Of a DNA stretch of 64,000 bases, positions 54,290-64,000 are shown piece after piece. The position numbers were made by a program, and so were the translations under genes. The stretch is from Octopus sinensis (lineage: Eukaryota). Position 1 is the first letter of the stretch. The number at the start of each line of letters is the position of its first letter. The stretch lies in NCBI RefSeq assembly GCF_006345805.1, contig NC_043002.1, positions 32,550,001 through 32,614,000 on the forward strand. The letters are read 5' to 3'. The notes under the pieces are model-generated. The model was not told the origin of the DNA. It ran no database searches and saw nothing but the letters and a program-made list of their open reading frames with translations.

Positions 54290-55130
54290 TACTATAAACA
54301 CAAAGACACGCATCAATACCTGAACTGTAAATCGTACCTTCCAACACATACAAAATGCAATATCCCATACTACTTGACCAGAAATATTTATACCATTGTA
54401 TAAGATATGAATATCAGAGACAAACGCCTAACAGAACCCAAAGAATTTCTTCGCAAACAAAAATACCCATCTCCACTTAAAGAAAATGGTATACAACGTG
54501 CTATAGAAATATCCATAGAACAACATAGAGCAGCCCAAAACAAGAACAAGTCATACTCAATCCGTGTCACTAAAATATCTTTAGCATTACCAAAGCAAAC
54601 TTGCCGTTCTTTGCTCAAAGTAATCAATTAAAGGACATAACCACGGATCATGGTATGGTTCTAAGGAAAATGCAGCCGAAGAACTTGAAACAGTCATTAA
54701 CAACGATGAATTTTGACCTCGGCAACAATGACGAATCATTCATTGTATCTAAATGCAATGATAGCTGATGTGGTACATGATAGCTGATGTGGTACGTGTT
54801 CAATATATGAACACAAAAAGTCCGAAGGAATACTTACAAATTCAAATATGAACTGAAGGTGCTGAAATTTAATTTATTGCACCAAACGTGAAGAAATATA
54901 AATTGGTCAGACAGGGAATGTATTATCAGAACGTTCACGTGTACACCGACAGCAAATTAGGCCCATTGATGTCCGTCAGATCCGTTTAAGCAACCATCTG
55001 GCAACATGTGGTCACAGAAAAATTTATAATATTCCCATTCTACAAATTACACAACTCAAGGGAAATCGAGAGAAAAGTCAGAGAAAACAATTCTATTGAT
55101 AAATTCAAACCCTTTTTAATGGACAATAAT
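54290..55130 (+). mobile_element. Degenerate Penelope-like remnant
   Basis: Frameshifted homology to the 42 kb element (KYP..L.ENGIQRAIEI; IGQTG..LSERSRVHRQQI; FIIFPFYK...ENNSIDKFKP). Confidence 0.7.
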
Positions 55131-55415
55131 AAACCTTTCAACGGAAAGCACAAGGCCTCATATTCAGGGGAAAGGATTACGTCGATTACATTGACCCCAG
55201 TGCGTAACTGGTACTTATTTAATCGACCCCGAAAGGATGAAATGCAAAGTCGATAGTGGCGGAATTTGAACTCAGAACGGAAAGTCAGACGAAGTACTGC
55301 TAAGCGTGGCAACGCTTCTGCCAGCTCTCCACCTTTAAATGGACAATAATAATAATAATAAGAGTTATAGTGAGGGTAATAATTACAATGATGCTAATAT
55401 TAATAATGATAAGTG

Positions 55416-55458
<43 letters not shown>

Positions 55459-55996
55459 CGCCACCACTAACAACAATAATAAAGCGATGGTGAGGTTGGT
55501 AGTAGTGTTAACAGAACTCAATGAAAACAAGTATGCTGTTTATAAAACAGGTATGTTGTTTGTAACATTCCAAAATATAGCCAAGTAATTCTTTTAGATA
55601 CAGTCAAAGTAAAGTATTCTTGATGTAATACCAAGCCGTGACATCGAGGCCGCACACTAATTGCTAAAAATATCTAGTTGAAAAAAAGCGGGATAAATGC
55701 TAACCAAACTGGTGGATTCAACGTGACATCTAAGCCCCACATACTAATAGGTCAAAATACAGTTCATAAGATTCAGCCCGCTGGAGCCCATCGGAAGGAA
55801 CTTAACGGAAAAATCTAACCATTTCACAACAGATGGGGACACGACTGTCACTACATAAACCGATGATTGTGTGACGCATAAAAGTACTGGTTTATTTCAA
55901 TATTATAAACTTGTAGAAATTGTAAATAATAAAACTAAGAAGGAATTTCATTGATTAATATATACTTCTATACACAATCACATAACCTTGGATATC

Positions 55997-55999
55997 CAT

Positions 56000-56085
<86 letters not shown>

Positions 56086-56100
56086 GTCTGTCTGTCTGTA

Positions 56101-56134
<34 letters not shown>

Positions 56135-56197
56135 TCTATCTAACGATCGATCGATCTATCTATCAATCAATCTATCTATCTATCTATCAATATATAA

Positions 56198-56285
<88 letters not shown>

Positions 56286-56320
56286 GTCTATGTAACTATC
56301 TATCTAACTATCTATATATC
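55997..56320. repeat. (TATC)n/(TGTC)n microsatellite, representative of many TA, CA, CATA, TAA and GAA arrays across the window
   Basis: Direct inspection. Confidence 0.95.
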
Positions 56321-56538
56321 CACACACACGTGTGTGTGTATGTGATAAAATCAGAATGGTGAGCAAAGTGAATTTGCAGAAGCTAGAAATTTAAGAGTTA
56401 TTAAGAAAATGTTGACATTTTTCAGTAACTTTCAATGTCTTTTTATTTGAAAAATAACACTTCCTTATTCAATAATAAATGGATTAATCATTTTAATTAA
56501 TAAACTGACTTGTTTTATAGGCAAACTACCATACTTAC

Positions 56539-56685
56539 CTGATGAGGGACAATGTGTTAGTGCTGTTTTTTTAGATATCTGCGTAGTGTATTGTGTTGTA
56601 GGTTTTAAAGTCGACAAAGTAGAGGTTTCGTGATGTGTGGTTTCAGTAAGAGAAGTAGAAAATGCTGTTGAAGCTGCATTGGTTC
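56539..56685 (-). CDS. Mucin exon, S/T-rich linker (GTNAASTAFSTSLTETTHHETSTL...HCPSS)
   Basis: Acceptor tttgtcatag, donor gtaagt, 147 nt, phase 1-1, open frame. Confidence 0.85.
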
Positions 56686-57371
56686 CTATGACAAATAAAA
56701 AACATGTTATATAAAATCGTCCTAACGTATGACAGGTTCATTTCGAAATTTCTAAGGATTTCTGTCCTTTTTTTTTTTCTTCCCCAAATCTACGTTCAAG
56801 GAAATATAGATAAGGAAGAAGCTGTTGGGAACTGCGAGGTACGCAATATAGTTAAGATAACTCTAGTATATATGTTAAGAGGTGCTAGAATAGAGTCTTT
56901 GAAGGTGACTAAATGCTATGAATTTTACTAGCAAACGATAGGCGTAGAGTGAAAGACAGTAGTTGATGTATGATATGAGGGCGCTACAATATATAGAACA
57001 AAATGTTAACTATATTTTAAGGAACCCCTACTATATTTAGACATATAAATATAACGAAAATGTGTATAAAAACAAGCAGCTTCATAGAGAAACATTAAGA
57101 AAAAACAAAGTATAAAATTATAATTATATAGCAGTAATATTGCATCTCAAATTGTGGGTACGACCTATAACGGTGACGCAAAATACAGGTATCGACAAAG
57201 GATATTCTCTTGAATAAAATTAATTATATATATAAAGGAAGACAATATATGCAAGGAGGGCAAACATGAGAATCAAATTTGGCAACATAGGCCATAATTC
57301 TGCGTTCAACTAATTTCGAGCGACAGTATTTAATTTAAGTCAAGTTCGATAGGTGGTTATTATATACATAC

Positions 57372-60300
57372 CATTATTCAGTGATGTTGCAAAACTTGCT
57401 GTCGTGGTATGTAACAACTTCTTTGTTGATAGAGCGTCAGTTGTTACATCGCTATACATGGAGGAGCTTGAATATTGCGATGAGGGAAGCATACTATTCT
57501 CTGTCGAAGGGGTGATTCTTGTTACGTTTGATGAAATAGAGAATGTTGAATATGGTGTTGAGGGTGGTGTGACCTTGTCAGATGATGGGACCAATGTTGT
57601 TACATCTGATGACATGGAATCACTTGAAATTTGTGTTGAGGGAGGTGTAGTCATGTATGTTGATGGAGCTTTAGTTGTTACGTGTGAAGATATGGAATCA
57701 CTTGAAATTTGTGTTGAGGGAGGCGTCGACATATCTGTTGATGGGGCATCGGTTGTTACATCTGATGACATGGAATCATTTGAATATCGTGTTGAGGGAG
57801 GTGTAGTCATGTCGGTTGGTGGTGCATCGGTCGTTACATTTGATGACAAGGAATCATTTGAATATTGTGTTGAGGGAGGCGTCGTCATGTCTGTAGATGG
57901 AGCATCGGCTGTCACATCTGATGACATGGATTCACTTGAAATGTGTGTTGATGGAGGCGTCATCATGTCTGTAGATGGAGCAGCGGTCGTCACATTTGAC
58001 GACATGGAATCACTTGAATTGTGTGTTGAGGGAGGCGTCGTCATGTCTGTAGATGGAGCAGCGGTCGTCACATTTGACGACATGGAATCACTTGAATTGT
58101 GTGTTGAGGGAGGCGTCGTCATGTCTGTAGATGGAGCAGCGGTTGTCACATTTGACGACATGGAATCACTTGAATTGTGTGTTGAGGGAGGCGTCGTCAT
58201 GTCTGTAGATGGAGCAGCGGTTGTCATATTTGACGACATGGAATCACTTGAATTGTGTGTTGAGGGAGGCGTCGTCATGTCTGTAGATGGAGCAGCGGTT
58301 GTTACATCTGATGACATGGAATCATTCGAATATCGTGTTGAGGGAGGTGTAGTCATGTCGGTTGGTGGTGCATCGGTCGTTACATTTGATGACAAGGAAT
58401 CATTTGAATATTGTGTTGAGGGAGGCGTCGTCATGTCTGTAGATGGAGCATCGGCTGTCACATCTGATGACATGGATTCACTTGAAATGTGTGTTGATGG
58501 AGGCGTCATCATGTCTGTAGATGGAGCAGCGGTCGTCACATTTGACGACATGGAATCACTTGAATTGTGTGTTGAGGGAGGCGTCGTCATGTCTGTAGAT
58601 GGAGCAGCGGTCGTCACATTTGACGACATGGAATCACTTGAATTGTGTGTTGAGGGAGGCGTCGTCATGTCTGTAGATGGAGCAGCGGTTGTCACATTTG
58701 ACGACATGGAATCACTTGAATTGTGTGTTGAGGGAGGCGTCGTCATGTCTGTAGATGGAGCAGCGGTTGTCACATTTGACGACATGGAATCACTTGAATT
58801 GTGTGTTGAAGGAGGCGTCGTCATGTCTGTAGATGGAGCAGCGGTTGTCACATTTGACGACATGGAATCACTTGAATTGTGTGTTGAGGGAGGCGTCGTC
58901 ATGTCTGTAGATGGAGCAGCGGTTGTCACATTTGACGACATGGAATCACTTGAATTGTGTGTTGAGGGAGGCGTCGTCATGTCTGTAGAAGGAGCAGCGG
59001 TTGTCACATTTGACGACATGGAATCACTTGAATTGTGTGTTGAGGGAGGCGTCGTCATGTCTGTAGATGGAGCAGCGGTTGTCATATTTGACGACATGGA
59101 ATCACTTGAATTGTGTGTTGAGGGAGGCGTCGTCATGTCTGTAGATGAAGCAGCGGTTGTCACATTTGACGACATGGAATCACTTGAATTGTGTGTTGAG
59201 GGAGGCGTCTTCATGTCTGTAGATGGAGCAGCGGTCGTCACATTTGACGACATGGAATCACTTGAATTGTGTGTTGAGGGAGGCGTCGTCATGTCTGTAG
59301 ATGGAGCAGCGGTCGTCACATTTGACGACATGGAATCACTTGAATTGTGTGTTGAGGGAGGCGTCGTCATGTCTGTAGATGGAGCAGCGGTTGTCACATT
59401 TGACGACATGGAATCACTTGATTTGTGTGTTGAGGGAGGCGTCGTCATGTCTGTAGATGGAGCAGCGGGTGTCATATTTGACGACATGGAATCACTTGAA
59501 TTGTGTGTTGAGGGAGGCGTCGTCATGTCTGTAGATGGAGCAGCGGTTGTCACATTTGACGACATGGAATCACTTGAATTGTGTGTTGAGGGAGGCGTCG
59601 TCATGTCTGTAGATGGAGCAGCGGTTGTCACATTTGACGACATGGAATCACTTGAATTGTGTGTTGAGGGAGGCGTCGTCATGTCTGTAGATGGAGCAGC
59701 GGTTGTCACATTTGACGACATGGAATCACTTGAATTGTGTGTTGAGGGAGGCGTCGTCATGTCTGTAGATGGAGCAGCGGTTGTCACATTTGACGACATG
59801 GAATCACTTGAATTGTGTGTTGAGGGAGGCGTCGTCATGTCTGTAGATGGAGCAGCGGTTGTCACATTTGACGATATGGAATCACTTGAATTGTGTGTTG
59901 AGGGAGGCGTCGTCATGTCTGTAGATGGAGCAGCGGTTGTCACATTTGACGACATGGAATCACTTGAATTGTGTGTTGAGGGAGGCGTCGTCATGTCTGT
60001 AGATGGAGCAGCGGTTGTCATATTTGACGACATGGAATCACTTGAATTGTGTGTTGAGGGAGGCGTCGTCATGTCTGTAGATGGAGCAGCGGTTGTAACG
60101 TTTGATGACATGGAATCATTTGAATATTTTGTTGAGGGAGAAATAAACTTGTCTGTTGATGGAACATCGGTTGTTACACCTGATGACATGGAATCATTTG
60201 AATTGTGTGTTGAGGGAGGTGTGGGCTTGTTTGTTGATGGAGCAGCGGTTGTTACATTTAATGTCATGAAATTATTTGAATATTGTGTTGAGGGAGGTGT

Positions 60301-63002
60301 GGAGTTGTTTGTTGATGGAGCAGCGGTTATATCATTTGATGTCATGGAATTATTTGAATATTGTGTTGAGGGAGGTGTGGAGTTGTTTGTTGATGGAGCA
60401 GCGGTTGTCATATTTGATGTCATGGAATTATTTGAATGTTGTGTTGAGGGATGTGTGGAGTTGTTTGTTGATGGAGCAGCGGTTGCTACATTTGATGTCA
60501 TGGAATTGTTTGAATATTGTGTTGAGGGATGTGTGGAGTTGTTTGTTGATGGAGCAGCAGTTGTTACATTTGATGTCATGGAATTATTTGAATATTGTGT
60601 TGAGGGAGGTGTGGAGTTGTTTGTTGATTGAGCAGTGGTTCTTACATTTGATGTCATGGAATTATTTGAATATTGTGTTGAGGGAGGTGTGGAGTTGTAT
60701 GTTGATGGAGCAACGGTTGTCACATTTGATGTCATGGAATTATTTGAATATTGTGTTGAGGGATGTGTGGAGTTGTTTGTTGATGGAGCGGCGGTTGTCA
60801 TATTTGATGTCATGGAATTATTTGAATGTTGTGTTGAGGGATGTGTGGAGTTGTTTGTTGATGGAGCAGTGGATGTTACATTTGATGTCATGGAATTATT
60901 TGAATATTGTGTTGAGGGATGTGTGGAGTTGTTTGTTGATGGAGCAGCGGTTGTCACATTTGATGTCATGGAATTGTTTGAATGTTGTGTTGAGGGATGT
61001 GTGGAGTTGTTTGTTGATGGAGCGGCGGTTGTTACATTTGATGTAATGGAATTATTTGAATGTTGTGTTGAGGGATGTGTGGAGTTGTTTGTTGATGGAG
61101 CGGCGGTTGTCATATTTGATATCATGGAATTATTTGAATGTTGTGTTGAGAGAGGTGTGGAGTTGTTTGTTGATGGAGCAGCGGTTGTCATATTTGATGT
61201 CATGGAATTGTTTGAATGTTGTGTTGAGGGATGTATGGAGTTGTTTGTTGATGGAGCGGCGGTCGTTACATTTGATGTCATGGAATTATTTGAATGTTGT
61301 GTTGAGGGATGTGTGGAGTTGTTTGTTGATGGAGCGGCGGCTGTCATATTTGATGTCATGGAATTGTTTGAATGTTGTGTTGAGGGATGTGTGGAGTTGT
61401 TTGTTGATGGAGCAGCGGTTGTCACATTTGATGTCATGGAATTGTTTGAATGTTGTGTTGGGGGATGTGTGGAGTTGTTTGTTGATGGAGGGGCGGTTGT
61501 CATACTTGATGTCATGGAATTGTTTGAATGTTGTGTTGAGGGATGCGTGGAGTTGTTTGTTGATGGACCAGTGGTTGTTACATTTGATATCATGGAATTA
61601 TTTGAATGTTGTGTTGAGGGAGGTGTGGAGTTGTTTGTTGATGGAGCAGCGGTTGTTACATTTGATGTCATGGAATTATTTGAATATTGTGCTGAGGGAT
61701 GTGTGGAGTTGTTTGTTGATGGAGCAGCGGTTGTCACATTTGATGTCATGGAATTGTTTGAATGTTGTGTTGAGGGATGTGTGGAGTTGTTTGTTGATGG
61801 AGCGGCGGTTGTCATATTTGATGTCATGGAATTATTTGAATGTTGTGTTGAGGGAGGTGTGGAGTTGTTTGTTGATGGAGCAGCAGTTGTTACATTTGAT
61901 GTCATGGAATTATTTGAATGTTGTGTTGAGGGATGTATGGAGTTGTTTGTTGATGGAGCAGCGGTTGTTACATTTGATGTCATAGAATTATTTGAATGTT
62001 GTGTTGAGGGATGTGTGGAGTTTGTTGTTGGAGCAGTGGTTGTTACATTTGATGTCATGGAATTATTTGAATGTTGTGCTGAGGGATGTGTGGAGTTGTT
62101 TGTTGATGGAGCAGCGAATGTCACATTTAATGTCATGGAATTGTTTGAATATTGTGTTGAGGAATGTGTGGAGTTGTATGTTGATGGAGCGGCGGTTGTC
62201 ATATTTGATGTCATGGAATTATTTGAATGTTGTGCTGAGGGATGTGTGGAGTTGTTTGTTGATGGAGCGGCGGTTGTTACATTTGATGTCATGGAATTAT
62301 TTGAATGTTGTGTTGAGGGATGTGTGGAGTTGTTTGTTGATGGAGCGGCGGTTGTCATATTTGATGTCATGGAATTATTTGAATGTTGTGTTGAGAGAGG
62401 TGTGGAGTTGTTTGTTGATGGAGCAGCGGTCGTTACATTTGATGTCATGGAATTATTTGAATGTTGTGTTGAGGGATGTGTGGCGTTGTTTGTTGATGGA
62501 GCGGCGGTTGTCATATTTGATGTCATGGAATTATTTGAATGTTGTGTTGAGAGAGGTGTGGAGTTGTTTGTTGATGGAGCAGCGGTCGTTACATTTGATG
62601 TCATGGAATTATTTGAATGTTGTGTTGAGGGATGTGTGGCGTTGTTTGTTGATGGAGCGGTGGTTGTTACATTTGATGTCATGGAATTATTTGAATGTTG
62701 TGTTGAGGGATGTGTGGAGTTGTTTGTTGATGGAGCAGCGGTTGTCACATTTGATGTCATGGAATTATTTGAATGTTGTGTTGAGGGATGTGTGGAGTTG
62801 TTTGTTGATGGAGCGGCGGTTGTCATACTTGATGTCATGGAATTATTTGAATATTCTGTTGAAAGAAGTGTTATTTCTTCTGTTGATGGCGTGTCTGCTC
62901 TTACATCTGATGTCAGTGTTACACCTGATGAGAGACCTGAGCTTTCGTCTGTTGATTGATCGTTTGCCATCTGATTTGCCATAAAGGAGGTTGAACTTTC
63001 TG
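57372..63002 (-). CDS. Giant PTS mucin exon (5631 nt, phase 1-1), Ser/Thr/Pro/Asn-rich 26-aa tandem repeats
   Basis: Within ORF 57340-63066. Proposed acceptor ttattctacag|CA at 63002 and donor AATG|gtatgt at 57372. Length is divisible by 3. Confidence 0.88.
57450..62900 (-). repeat. Coding 78-bp (26-aa) VNTR, about 70 units in two subtypes: A AAPSTNNSTHPSTQHSNNSMTSNVTT (about 60240-62860) and B AAPSTDMTTPPSTHNSSDSMSSNVTT (about 57600-60230)
   Basis: The 78-nt periodicity is directly visible (e.g. 58561 vs 58639) and in the translation. Confidence 0.95.
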
Positions 63003-63123
63003 CTGTAGAATAAGAATAGACACCTTCTGTTACTCCATTAACACACTCCATATGAAGAATAAACATTACAAAATTAGTATGAATATTTCATCTACCGTTG
63101 CCAGAGACATTTCTGATAATCAG

Positions 63124-63449
63124 ACCTAATAAATCAGAAATATTAAATTTCTAAATGTCTCATAGAGATATGTACGGTGGTGGGCCGATAGAATGGTTGT
63201 ATACTGTCAATTTATCGTGATAGTAGGGGATTACACCACCGCTGTTTAGCCCTAGGAAGCATCGACGCTTCCTGATGGCTTCGACACATTTTTTCCTGTC
63301 TCCCCTTCATAAATATATAAGGACACAGGAAGAAAATGTGTCGAAGCCATCAGGAAGCGTCGATGCTTCCTAGGGCTAAACAGCGTTGGTGTAATCCACT
63401 ACTCTCACGTTAAATTGACAGTATACAACCATTCAAACCTAATAAATCA
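63124..63449. mobile_element. About 300-bp foldback insertion (arms about 63191-63299 and 63325-63434) with 13-bp flanking direct repeat acctaataaatca
   Basis: Inverted arms are visible; direct repeat at 63124-63136 and 63437-63449. Confidence 0.65.
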
Positions 63450-63599
63450 AACTGATAATCCTAACTGTATTTGTTGATCGTAGCAATCTCATGCTTTATT
63501 TTACTTACTTTGCTTATACACTGCAGTAAACGCAGAAATTGTAACTTTCATTCCTAACTCCTAAAACTGAGATGTAACACATACGCGCGCGCAGATGAG

Positions 63600-64000
63600 G
63601 AGTGCATCAGAGTGACGACATCAAGAGTGATTTTGGATCAGTTTACAGTGGGTGAGTCTGAATTTATTGCTCTTTTAGTCACCATGAATGAAACCGAGCA
63701 GCAATCAATGGAGTGGGACCACTGCGGTTCACCGCGTCCCAAGTTGTTTCGGATCCAGAAAATAACTGAAAAGATTCGGGTTTCAGTGTTCCAAAACAAA
63801 AACAGAGTATTCCTCATACAAAGCTATCAAGCGTTCACACTCTTAGCGTAGAATACTACATGTCTCTATTGGACGTACTGTGTGAAACATTGAAGCAGAA
63901 ACGCCAAGAAAAGCTGAGATGTGGTGTCCTGTTTTGCAGCATAATATCCCAGGACACACAGTACATACACTACTTAATGCACGCCACTTTTGCTTCCAAT
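63600..64000 (+). mobile_element. Mariner transposase remnant (catalytic region), truncated by the window end
   Basis: ETEQQSMEWDHCGSPRPK resembles mariner PETKxQSxEW...SPRPKK. Confidence 0.6.

Larger units (their letters stand above)
1321..63002 (-). other. Span of a multi-exon MUC4-like (mucin-like) gene: PTS repeats-NIDO-AMOP-VWD-Ig/cadherin-like-EGF repeats; incomplete at both ends
   Basis: 22 exons with canonical AG/GT sites whose phases chain without a break (9303 nt summed). Domain order resembles MUC4 and invertebrate mucin-like proteins. No start/signal peptide exon or TM/stop exon was found in the window. Confidence 0.9.

Noticed and set aside
748-56345. Dozens of YIYI/HTHT/CVCV/poly-I/poly-N ORFs in the track
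   Set aside because: Translations of TA, CA, CATA, TAA and TATC microsatellites
57450-62900. CRISPR-like regular array
   Set aside because: Contiguous coding tandem repeats with no unique spacers; eukaryotic context and no cas genes
57353-62984. Very long plus-strand ORFs (1092, 774, 330, 309, 256 aa) antisense to the mucin exon
   Set aside because: A by-product of a 78-bp repeat lacking stops in those frames; no independent coding signal

Overview
AT-rich, microsatellite-dense eukaryotic DNA. The SINE families point to an octopus or other coleoid cephalopod, which is an inference. The window is spanned by one minus-strand, intron-rich gene for a MUC4-like mucin. I traced 22 GT-AG exons with consistent phase (about 9.3 kb CDS, about 3100 codons). 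The order is a 5.6-kb exon of about 70 x 78-bp PTS repeats, then NIDO, AMOP, VWD (with GDPH), an Ig/cadherin-like spacer and about 10 EGF modules. Both ends of the gene appear to lie outside the window. The introns hold a near full-length R4/Dong-type RLE retrotransposon inside a nested (TAA)n-targeted cluster, plus HERO-, RTE- and Penelope-like remnants, Helitron and mariner fragments, and many tRNA-derived SINEs. The most interesting unannotated signal is a set of at least four families of non-coding repeats carrying minimal type-I hammerhead ribozyme-like motifs. They occur in tandem and inverted arrangements like Penelope pseudo-LTRs or retrozymes. One family has two copies 537 nt apart with a canonical CUGAUGA core. 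Another has a roughly 392-nt unit and a recurrent non-canonical CUG(U/C)NGA core. All coordinates were read by eye; repeat boundaries are approximate.
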